A stretch of DNA of 20,000 nucleotides from an uncultured virus (IMG/VR IMGVR_UViG_3300047471_000190) (Duplodnaviria; Heunggongvirae; Uroviricota; Caudoviricetes). The stretch lies in IMG/VR virus record IMGVR_UViG_3300047471_000190; one strand, given 5' to 3'. Positions 7,447 through 15,046 of the stretch are shown piece after piece (the first letter of the stretch is position 1; every line of letters starts with the position of its first letter). The notes under the pieces are model-generated. The model saw nothing but the letters and a program-made list of their open reading frames with translations, made no database searches and had not been told where the DNA came from. The position numbers and the translations under genes were made by a program.

Positions 7447-7920
7447 ATGTGGATTTTTCTGAACGACGCTTTTCTGTCTGTTGTCCACAAAGACTGCGCC
7501 AAGGACGAAGTCCTGGTGCGTGCCCGAATCAAGGGCGACATTGAGAAGGTTTTCAACGACGAGAACCTGTTCAAGGCGAACCCCGGCCTGAAGCCGGTCG
7601 AAGTCACTCGCTACACCAAATCCGACTACCTCTATCGCGCCGTCGTGAAGCGCGATCACATGCGCGCTGTAATGGCGGCAGAACTCGATCGCGTAGTCTA
7701 CAGCAACTTCAAGGCCAGCACTCGCGACAACAAGCTGCACAACGCCTACAACGCAGTGTGGGGCATCATGGCGCGGCTGCAGGAAGTGCCGCCGTACAGC
7801 GGCAATCGAACTTCCAGCGGCCTCGGTAGTCTATTCCATGACTTCGGAGACGAAGCCGAAGTCGCCCCCGCGCCGAAGGCCAAGAAGAAGGCCCCGGCCA
7901 AGCTGAAGAAAGGCCAGTGA
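7447..7920 (+). CDS. Conserved phage protein of unknown function with a Lys/Ala-rich tail
   Basis: MWIF...FLSVV...LVRAR...DYLYRA...YSNFK pattern; GGAGGAAGAC RBS. Confidence 0.85.
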   Translation: MWIFLNDAFLSVVHKDCAKDEVLVRARIKGDIEKVFNDENLFKANPGLKPVEVTRYTKSDYLYRAVVKRDHMRAVMAAELDRVVYSNFKASTRDNKLHNAYNAVWGIMARLQEVPPYSGNRTSSGLGSLFHDFGDEAEVAPAPKAKKKAPAKLKKGQ

Positions 7921-7921
7921 C

Positions 7922-8125
7922 ATGAACCTGTACGATGTTTGGCACGTCAACGTGCCGTCGGAGAAACTCCGATCCATTTCCGGATTCCAGGCTCGCAAGA
8001 AGTTTGCCGAGAAGCACCACAAGCAGGTGTCCGAATGCATGGCTCGCAGAATCTATGCGAACCCGCCGTCGGACCGTCCGGCACAAACTTTTTCGGACGG
8101 TACCAGCATCCGAGATGAACCGTGA
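7922..8125 (+). CDS. Small hypothetical protein
   Basis: Starts 2 nt after the previous stop; overlaps the next GTG. Confidence 0.65.
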   Translation: MNLYDVWHVNVPSEKLRSISGFQARKKFAEKHHKQVSECMARRIYANPPSDRPAQTFSDGTSIRDEP

Positions 8126-8349
8126 GCAATGCAAGTCACATGCGCGTACTTCGCGCTATGGACGCCGGCGATCAGGTCTATCTCGCTGACGATTCGACTT
8201 TGTCGGTGCCGCTGCAAAGACAATTGCACTCATTCGCCGCGAGATACGGTGGCAAGCTGAAGACAAAAATCTTCCTCGCCACCGACCTTTTGCCTGCTAC
8301 CGCTCACCGCGTGGTGCGCGTTACCATGATCAGGAAATTTAAGAGTTAG
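8122..8349 (+). CDS. Small hypothetical protein
   Basis: GTGA coupling. Confidence 0.65.
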   Translation: MSNASHMRVLRAMDAGDQVYLADDSTLSVPLQRQLHSFAARYGGKLKTKIFLATDLLPATAHRVVRVTMIRKFKS

Positions 8350-8350
8350 G

Positions 8351-8424
8351 CCGAGCGGGAGCGGTGCGGCCCTATAGGCCGGGCACCAACGCGACAACGC
8401 AATCGCTCCCATAGCTTCAATCGG
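8351..8424 (+). promoter_or_regulatory. Multi-stem structured leader / candidate small RNA
   Basis: GGGAGC 8357-8362 / GCTCCC 8405-8410 encloses GGTGC..GGCC-CTATA-GGCC..GCACC and GCG-ACAA-CGC; no U-tract. Confidence 0.4.
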
Positions 8425-8432
8425 AGAGAACC

Positions 8433-9884
8433 ATGGCCGACCTACACCCGAATCACCCCGACTATCAGCGGCACGATCAACAAACAGGCGAAGTCGACGA
8501 GGACGTGACCGGCGTCGAAATTCTCGACCCTATCAGCATCGGCGCGCTCGCCACGCTGCAGCGAGTCGAGATCGATCAGCAGGTCGCGACCGCAAAGGCG
8601 TATCCTCGCAACGTGACCCAGCTGCGCAAGGAATTGACGGCGCTAGTCACCATGGACGAGGACACCGCGGACGATTGCATCTATGCGCTGCCTCGAGGCA
8701 AGAAGCACATCAAGGGCCCGAGCGCGCGCTTCGCGGATGCCCTCATCAGCTTTTGGGGCAACGCCCGGTCCGGCTCGTTCATTACCCAGGTCAACCGCGA
8801 CGAAAAATTCGTCGAGGCCATCGGCTCGTTTCAGGACGTCGAGCGAAATGTCATTCGGCAGCGTCGCGTGCGCCGGCCGATCGTCACGTCACAGGGACAA
8901 ATCTACAATCTCGACATGATCAACATGACGGGCAACGCCGCATGCGTCATTGCCGAGCGCAATGCCATCCTGAACGGTATTCCGAAATCACTCTGGAGCG
9001 GCGCCTACGAGCAGGCTTTTGCTCTGGTTGCCGGCACCACCAAGACACTCGGCGAGAAGCTGGAGCGCGCGACGAAAGCGTTCGCCATACAGGGCATCAC
9101 GATGGACCAGGTCCTTGAAAAACTCGGACACCAGGATCTGACGAAAATCATTCCGGACGATATCGTCACCATGCGCGGCATGCTGACCGCGCTGAAGACC
9201 GGTGAGGAGACGGTGGAGACGATCTTTGGCCGCGGCGCCCCGTCGAACCACGAGAAGGTGCAAAACCCGCTCAAGGACGACCCTGCGCCCGCGCGCGGCG
9301 GCTCGCATTTGCAGAACATTGCCAGCACCGTGATCGATTGGAAGGGCAACGTCGTCAAAAGCAGAGATGGCGAGGCTGTCGTCGGCCCGGTCCTCGATCA
9401 GCGCTTCCGCGAGGGACACCAATTCTTCGAAACTCTGGCGGCATGGTCGGAGGCTACCGCTCGCGTCGATCGGCCGGTTTTTAACAAACCGGACCCTATC
9501 ACTTCCGGTCCGCAAAGGACCGAAACGGCCTCAAATGAAGGGGCAAAAAATGACACGGCCGCAGGGAAGGCCGAGGAGAAGGATCCCGACAAGCCGGCTG
9601 CGGACGTGCAGTCAGCCGAGAAAACCGCACAGGCGGGCGCCGCTGCCGCGCCAGCTGGCGATCTCCTCGGCGCCAAGCCCTACACTGACGCCGACGGCTA
9701 CATGGGCTTCATGCGCGACAATTTCGACTCGGCCAAGGCGCGCGCGTCGAAGTCGGCCGTAACCGAAATTTGGGGTTCGACCAGGGCCGATCGCAACGAG
9801 CTGCTCTCGGCTGACCAGATCGAGGAACTCACCAAGGACAAGGCAGCCACGCTGGCGGCCATCAAACTGAAGGAACCGAAGTAA
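8433..9884 (+). CDS. Putative phage ssDNA-annealing/recombination protein with a long low-complexity C-terminus
   Basis: EIDQQVATAKAYPR...C.YALPRG.K.I.GPS.RFA...WGN motif of a phage family often found near RecE/YqaJ nucleases; function is inferred. Confidence 0.6.
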   Translation: MADLHPNHPDYQRHDQQTGEVDEDVTGVEILDPISIGALATLQRVEIDQQVATAKAYPRNVTQLRKELTALVTMDEDTADDCIYALPRGKKHIKGPSARFADALISFWGNARSGSFITQVNRDEKFVEAIGSFQDVERNVIRQRRVRRPIVTSQGQIYNLDMINMTGNAACVIAERNAILNGIPKSLWSGAYEQAFALVAGTTKTLGEKLERATKAFAIQGITMDQVLEKLGHQDLTKIIPDDIVTMRGMLTALKTGEETVETIFGRGAPSNHEKVQNPLKDDPAPARGGSHLQNIASTVIDWKGNVVKSRDGEAVVGPVLDQRFREGHQFFETLAAWSEATARVDRPVFNKPDPITSGPQRTETASNEGAKNDTAAGKAEEKDPDKPAADVQSAEKTAQAGAAAAPAGDLLGAKPYTDADGYMGFMRDNFDSAKARASKSAVTEIWGSTRADRNELLSADQIEELTKDKAATLAAIKLKEPK

Positions 9885-10144
9885 TGCGGTCGATCGAGCA
9901 AATGGTGCTGGCGTTCATGACGGAGCGCCGGCTGACGGACAGCGAGGCCGCGGCCGTGCTGAAGATGCTCAAGCAGGATTCGCGATTTACCTTCCTTGGC
10001 GATCATTGGGGCGAGGACGAAACCACGCTCTCGGGCCCGGCGACGCACCGCGTGAAGACGCTGGTGAGCAAGAAGGTCCTCGTCTGGATGGACCGCTTTC
10101 ACGAGAAGCACTCGGCGCGCGCGCTGTTCACGGGAGCAAGCTGA
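9884..10144 (+). CDS. Hypothetical protein
   Basis: TAATG coupling, AAGGA RBS. Confidence 0.75.
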   Translation: MRSIEQMVLAFMTERRLTDSEAAAVLKMLKQDSRFTFLGDHWGEDETTLSGPATHRVKTLVSKKVLVWMDRFHEKHSARALFTGAS

Positions 10145-10413
10145 TGCCGATCACTGATCAAATGGTCGAGGCTGGTTGCAAAGCCAATCATACGCCGCGA
10201 GCGTGGAACAAGGCCGTTCGCAATCCAGAAATGAAGGCATGGGTGCATTCGCAACGGCAGATCATGCGCAATGTGCTAGCGATGGCATTTGCAGCAGACG
10301 ACCGCGACCCTTCCGAGATTTGGGAGGCCTATCTAACCGAAGTACCGAGGGCCGAGGATCGATCGCTGCAAGGCGCGCTGGCGTTCGGTTATGCTGTAGG
10401 GAGGACGTTATGA
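10144..10413 (+). CDS. Phage hypothetical protein (ITDQMVEAG motif)
   Basis: TGATG coupling, GGGAG RBS. Confidence 0.75.
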   Translation: MPITDQMVEAGCKANHTPRAWNKAVRNPEMKAWVHSQRQIMRNVLAMAFAADDRDPSEIWEAYLTEVPRAEDRSLQGALAFGYAVGRTL

Positions 10414-10739
10414 AGCCCTATATGTGGATTTGCTTTGCGGCGCCCAAGCTACTCCGAGCCTGGACTGCAAACCAGGAGCTCGCCGAGCAGCTGCGCGCCC
10501 GCGGGTTCGTCATGAAGCCGCTCTACGATGTTCCGGATGCCGACGCCATGCGCGACACGATCGCGCGCGCCGTGTGGCGCTATCAGATGTGCCCCGGAAC
10601 GTTCGATCAGCCGGTCGGCGAAATGGGAGCGCTAGCAAAGAACCTTTGCATTGACGAAGCGGAAAACATTCGCCGCGCGATCATGGGAGAGCCGCAGCTG
10701 ACAGACGATCCCCAGGCTGACGATGACGTGGTGTTTTGA
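10410..10739 (+). CDS. Hypothetical protein
   Basis: GGGAGG RBS, ATGA coupling. Confidence 0.75.
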   Translation: MKPYMWICFAAPKLLRAWTANQELAEQLRARGFVMKPLYDVPDADAMRDTIARAVWRYQMCPGTFDQPVGEMGALAKNLCIDEAENIRRAIMGEPQLTDDPQADDDVVF

Positions 10740-10900
10740 TGGGCGAGGAAGCGGACGCGGACTGGCAGGCCGGACTTCTGGAATGGGGAGCCGAATCGGC
10801 GCTTTGTTCCGATTGTCCTCCGGCTGGATATCCAACCGACGAAACACGGTGCGCTATATGCCCGCGCAGGGCACCCGCACGTCGCAAGGAACGCAACTGA
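10739..10900 (+). CDS. 53-aa CxxC...CxxC miniprotein (LCSDCPPAGYPTDETRCAICPRR)
   Basis: TGATG coupling at both ends; exactly fills the gap before the helicase; not in the ORF track. Confidence 0.75.
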   Translation: MGEEADADWQAGLLEWGAESALCSDCPPAGYPTDETRCAICPRRAPARRKERN

Positions 10901-12105
10901 TGGACTGGTCACCGCAACAGAACGAAGCGCTGGAAAAGGTCGCGAAGTGGTACGCGGCCGAGGACCGGCCGCAAATCTTCCGGTTGTTCGGCTATGCCGG
11001 CACCGGCAAGACCACGCTCGCGATCGAGATAGCGGACATGGTCGCCGGCGATTGTCTGTTTGCCAGCTTCACGGGCAAAGCTGCGCTCGTGATGCGCAAG
11101 AAGGGCTGCCACGGCGCATCGACGCTGCATTCGCTAATCTACAAGCCGCGGCGCAAGAAGCGTGACGACAAGGAAAAGGACCGCGAAATTCCGATGTGGG
11201 AATTGAACCCGGATAGTGCGCTCGCCAGCGCGGACCTGCTTATCATCGACGAATGCTCGATGGTCGGCGAGGAACTCGCGATCGACGTGCTGTCGTTCAA
11301 GAAGCCGGTCCTGGTGCTCGGCGACCCCGCGCAGCTGCCCCCGGTCGGCGGCGCCGGCTATTTCACCGAAGCCGAGCCTGATGCAATGCTGACAGAAATC
11401 CACCGCCAGGCGCTCGACAATCCCATCGTGCGCATTGCGACTATGATTCGCATGGGCGAAGCCTTGAGAATCGGAAGTCACAAGGGCGCTCGAGCTGGCC
11501 AAGGCGTGTCGGTTTTGAACCGGCGAGACCTGAAGCAGACGAGCGAACTTGCGGCCGATCAAATCCTGTGCGGCAAGAACGACAGTCGCGTCACGATCAA
11601 CCGTAGAATCCGCGAGCGGCTCCGGCTCGAGGGCAAGCTGCCCGCCGGCGACCATCTCCCTGTCATCGGCGATCGCATCATCTGCCTGAAGAACAAGCGC
11701 GATCGCGGGCTGCTGAACGGCAGCATGTGGAACGTCACCGAACTTCGTGATCGCAGCTACGGCGCAAAGAAGCGCGGTCGTGCTGAAGTCAGCTATCTTG
11801 CTGTCGATTCGATCGACCAGGCCGAATTCGAAACCTTCGTCGACGTGCCTCACGCCTTCTGGTTTTGGAACAACAAGGAAAACGATCTGCACCTGCCGGA
11901 GAAAATGTCGCGTAGCAGTTATGACGAGTTTGACTACGCCTACGCCATCACCTGTCACAAATCGCAGGGCTCGCAATGGGACAAAGTCGTCGTGATCGAC
12001 GAGAGCCAGGTGTTCGGCGGCCGCGGCGATCGGGAGGACATCCCGCGGCGATGGCTCTACACGGCCTGCACGCGCGCTGCTGAAGCGCTCATAATTGCGG
12101 TGTAG
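10900..12105 (+). CDS. RecD/Dda-like superfamily 1B DNA helicase
   Basis: GYAGTGKTT (Walker A), IIDECSMV, GDPAQLPPV, LTEIHRQ, YAITCHKSQGSQW, WLYTACTRA; start 10900 with AAGGA RBS. Confidence 0.95.
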   Translation: MDWSPQQNEALEKVAKWYAAEDRPQIFRLFGYAGTGKTTLAIEIADMVAGDCLFASFTGKAALVMRKKGCHGASTLHSLIYKPRRKKRDDKEKDREIPMWELNPDSALASADLLIIDECSMVGEELAIDVLSFKKPVLVLGDPAQLPPVGGAGYFTEAEPDAMLTEIHRQALDNPIVRIATMIRMGEALRIGSHKGARAGQGVSVLNRRDLKQTSELAADQILCGKNDSRVTINRRIRERLRLEGKLPAGDHLPVIGDRIICLKNKRDRGLLNGSMWNVTELRDRSYGAKKRGRAEVSYLAVDSIDQAEFETFVDVPHAFWFWNNKENDLHLPEKMSRSSYDEFDYAYAITCHKSQGSQWDKVVVIDESQVFGGRGDREDIPRRWLYTACTRAAEALIIAV

Positions 12106-12107
12106 AA

Positions 12108-12782
12108 ATGGGAAAGCCAACCTTGATTTCCCTATTCTCTGGCTGCGGTGGCGCAGCGCTCGGCTGTTGGCAGGCCGGATTCGAGGTGCGCGTGTTTGTC
12201 GAGAAAGACCGTGACGCCTGCAACACGCTGCACCGAAATTGGATTGACCCGCGAGGCATGTGCAAACAGAAGCGCAAGCCGGTCATCATTTCGGACGACA
12301 TCACCAAGGTGCCGACGCGCAAGATATTGGAAGCAGCTGACCTGAAAGTCGGCGAAGCCGATTGCCTTGAAGGCGGATTCCCGTGCCAGGGTTTCTCGAC
12401 GTCGAACAGCAATCGCCATGTCAACGACTCGCGCAATATTCTCTATCGACAGTGCGTTCGTATCATTCGTCAGGCGCTACCGAAGACATTCTTTTTGGAG
12501 AATGTACCGGGCCTGGTCAGCATGGCAAAGGGCGCGATCATCAGAAAGATCGGCATGGATCTGGCCGGCTGCGGTTACGCCGTCAATTGGGACGTGCTCA
12601 ACGCCGCCGACTATGGCGTGCCACAAAGGCGCAAGCGAGTGATATTCCTCGGCAAACGTGTCGACGTCATGCGTTGCGACTTTGAAACCGGACAGATCGG
12701 CCTGCACATGGGAGTGTCCGGATCAATCAGCACTCCAGCGTGGTTCGAGAAAAAATATCCGCAGCGGAGGGCTGCGTCGTGA
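12108..12782 (+). CDS. DNA (cytosine-5) methyltransferase, motifs I-VIII only
   Basis: LFSGCGG (I), GGFPCQGFS (IV), FFLENVPGL (VI), QRRKRVIFLG (VIII); ends about 40 aa later with no recognisable motif IX/X. Confidence 0.9.
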   Translation: MGKPTLISLFSGCGGAALGCWQAGFEVRVFVEKDRDACNTLHRNWIDPRGMCKQKRKPVIISDDITKVPTRKILEAADLKVGEADCLEGGFPCQGFSTSNSNRHVNDSRNILYRQCVRIIRQALPKTFFLENVPGLVSMAKGAIIRKIGMDLAGCGYAVNWDVLNAADYGVPQRRKRVIFLGKRVDVMRCDFETGQIGLHMGVSGSISTPAWFEKKYPQRRAAS

Positions 12783-12988
12783 GAGAGCAGCACGATCATC
12801 ATTGCCTGCTGACTTTCCAGGGTTGCAACTGGCGGATCGTTGGCTGCAGGAAAGATGAAATCGATGTAATTCGACCGGTAGGCTATGGACGTTGCTTTCC
12901 TTACGCGACGATCAATACGCGCGATGTCGATTGGGAGGCCTACGCTGAAGCTGCGCAAGTTTGGGATTTTCGGAGGGACGTATGCTGA
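12779..12988 (+). CDS. Small hypothetical protein (GTG start)
   Basis: GGAGG 12766-12770 and GTGA coupling with the methylase stop. Confidence 0.6.
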   Translation: MREQHDHHCLLTFQGCNWRIVGCRKDEIDVIRPVGYGRCFPYATINTRDVDWEAYAEAAQVWDFRRDVC

Positions 12989-13212
12989 CTTGGAAAGAAC
13001 GACAGGAGCGCATCGAGGCCCGCGGCTCCGAGTATCGCGCCGGCGCCATGTCCGAGGATCAATTCCGCGCGTATCTGTTTTCGATGCGTGTCCGCGGCGA
13101 GGACATTCGCCACAAGCTGAACGAGCACGCGCCGCCGGCGCCGAGCCCGACGTTCGAAGACCACCGGATCGAGGCAAGCCAGCAATGGATCAGGAGCTAC
13201 CATGGCCGATAA
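12982..13212 (+). CDS. Small hypothetical protein
   Basis: GGAGGG RBS before ATG 12982. Confidence 0.7.
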   Translation: MLTWKERQERIEARGSEYRAGAMSEDQFRAYLFSMRVRGEDIRHKLNEHAPPAPSPTFEDHRIEASQQWIRSYHGR

Positions 13213-13459
13213 ATTATACGATAACCTGATGAAACTCGTAGAGAAGGGCGGCGGGGCGGCTTTCCCTTTCCAGATTGAATTCGATAACGGTTCCAGCGTC
13301 AGCTATCCAGGCATGACGCTGCGTGACTACTTGGCCGGCCGCGCGATGCAGGCGACAATCACCGCAGACGGCGCAACTCATATGCTTTCAGAGGATCATG
13401 TGGCGATCGAAGCCTATAAATTCGCCGACGCAATGCTGAGGGCGCGCGACAATGGCTGA
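13202..13459 (+). CDS. Widespread conserved phage protein (GG.AFP...GMTLRDY.A..AMQ...AY..ADAML.AR family)
   Basis: Signature motif present; AGGAG RBS. Confidence 0.85.
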   Translation: MADKLYDNLMKLVEKGGGAAFPFQIEFDNGSSVSYPGMTLRDYLAGRAMQATITADGATHMLSEDHVAIEAYKFADAMLRARDNG

Positions 13460-14270
13460 ACCCGTCATCAACGACGACGGCGTCTCGATCAAGGGATGCC
13501 AGATGATCTATGCGCCGAAAGGCCAGGCGCTCGAATACTCGGCGCTCGCCGCGAACCCGTATCGCGGCTGCGGTCATGGGTGCGCATATTGCTACGTGCC
13601 GTTGGTGACGAAGCAGGACCGCAAGGAATTCGATGCCGGCGCCGTGCTGCGCGGCGGCTACATGGCCGCCTTCGAAAAAGACGCGATGAAGTACCGGGCC
13701 GCCGGCATTACCGACCAGGTCATGATGTCGTTCACAACTGACCCGTATCATCCTGGTGACACCATCGCCACGCGCGACGCGATCGACATTCTGAAATATT
13801 ACGGGCTCGGCTTCTGCACGCTGACAAAGGGCGGCCACCGCGCACTGCGTGACATCGACTTGTTCCGGCCGGAGCGCGACGCGTTCGCAACCACGCTGAC
13901 GACGCTCGATGTTGAGTTCAGTTTGAAATGGGAGCGCAACGCAGCGTTACCGGCAGATCGAATTCGGACGCTGCAGGCTTTTCACGATCGCGGCATCTTC
14001 ACATGGGTTTCGCTCGAGCCGACGCTCGACATCGAGGCCTCGCTTGCGATTGTCGACGCGACGTGCGAGTTCGTGAACCTCTACAAGATTGGTCGCGCCA
14101 ATTACGTGCCGACCATTACGAAGGTCGTCGACTGGCGCGACTATACTCTGCGCATGCTCGACAAGCTTCACCAAGCGCCAAGCCGACCGGCCTTCTACTT
14201 CAAGAAAGATTTGCAGCCCTATCTGCCGAGCGGCACCGTCAATCGGCTGCGCCAGCAACAGCACCACTAA
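13452..14270 (+). CDS. Radical SAM protein, SplB/spore-photoproduct-lyase-like family
   Basis: NPYRGCGHGCAYCY (CxxxCxxC), TDPY, TLTKG, E...P..RI..L...H..GI.TWVSLEP. Confidence 0.9.
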   Translation: MAEPVINDDGVSIKGCQMIYAPKGQALEYSALAANPYRGCGHGCAYCYVPLVTKQDRKEFDAGAVLRGGYMAAFEKDAMKYRAAGITDQVMMSFTTDPYHPGDTIATRDAIDILKYYGLGFCTLTKGGHRALRDIDLFRPERDAFATTLTTLDVEFSLKWERNAALPADRIRTLQAFHDRGIFTWVSLEPTLDIEASLAIVDATCEFVNLYKIGRANYVPTITKVVDWRDYTLRMLDKLHQAPSRPAFYFKKDLQPYLPSGTVNRLRQQQHH

Positions 14271-14277
14271 GGCAATC

Positions 14278-15018
14278 ATGACTTATCGCGGAATCGATCT
14301 CGAAACTACCGGACTTCCTCGCGAAGGCGTTCCGACCGGAATTATGGAAGCTGGCTGGTGCGACATGCGGTTCGACATCATCAAGCCGCCGGTGTCGGTC
14401 CTGGTCGACTGTGGAATTCCGGTCGAGATCGAGGCTCGCGCGATTCATCACATCAGCGATGAAATGGTCGCCGGCGAGCTGAAGCCAGACAAGGTGACGG
14501 CAATGATTGCGGCTGGCGATCACGAATACTGCGTTGCTCACAATGTCGACCACGAAAAGCACTACATCGGCACGGGTTACAAACCAGGCACAGAGGAAAT
14601 GCGTCCGTGGATTTGCACCTTCAAAACTTCTCTCCGGATCTGGCCAGACGCACCAGGTCACAAGCTGATGGAGCTGCGTTATTTCCTGAAGTTGGACGAC
14701 GCTGAAGACTTCGAAGCTAAGTTTGCGAACCCGCCGCATCGCGCGCCGGCTGACGCCTATGTGTGCATACATTTGTTGCGGCGAATCCTGAAAGAGATCA
14801 CGGTCGAGCAAGCGGTCAGATGGAGTTCAGGGCCTGCGCTGCTCTATATGTGCTTTCTTAAGAAGCACAAAGGTACGCCATGGAAAGACGTGCCGCATGA
14901 TTATCTCGACTGGATTTTGAACAAGTCCGACATCTCCGATCGCGACATTCGCGCGACCGCAAAATATTATCTGACGCGCGCGCCAAAGCCGAACGCTAGC
15001 GACAATCCCTACCCCTAA
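14278..15018 (+). CDS. DEDDh 3'-5' exonuclease, exonuclease X-like, with a C-terminal KHKG..W.DVP.DYL.W domain
   Basis: IDLETTG (ExoI), AHNVDHE (ExoII), HRAPADA (ExoIII), WICT; start ATG 14278. Confidence 0.9.
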   Translation: MTYRGIDLETTGLPREGVPTGIMEAGWCDMRFDIIKPPVSVLVDCGIPVEIEARAIHHISDEMVAGELKPDKVTAMIAAGDHEYCVAHNVDHEKHYIGTGYKPGTEEMRPWICTFKTSLRIWPDAPGHKLMELRYFLKLDDAEDFEAKFANPPHRAPADAYVCIHLLRRILKEITVEQAVRWSSGPALLYMCFLKKHKGTPWKDVPHDYLDWILNKSDISDRDIRATAKYYLTRAPKPNASDNPYP

Positions 15019-15046
15019 TTCTTTTCAACCCTGGAGGAAGACCACG

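Noticed and set aside
8357..8388. tRNA fragment or attachment site suggested by ...GGGCACCA
   Set aside because: No GGTTCGA-type T-loop, and no integrase or duplicate copy in the window
10723..10899. 59-aa N-terminal extension of the helicase in the ORF track
   Set aside because: The interval is better explained by the coupled 10739..10900 miniprotein; the helicase has its own RBS and ATG at 10900
14089..14277. N-terminal extension of the exonuclease ORF
   Set aside because: Overlaps the radical SAM gene; the ExoI motif begins right after ATG 14278
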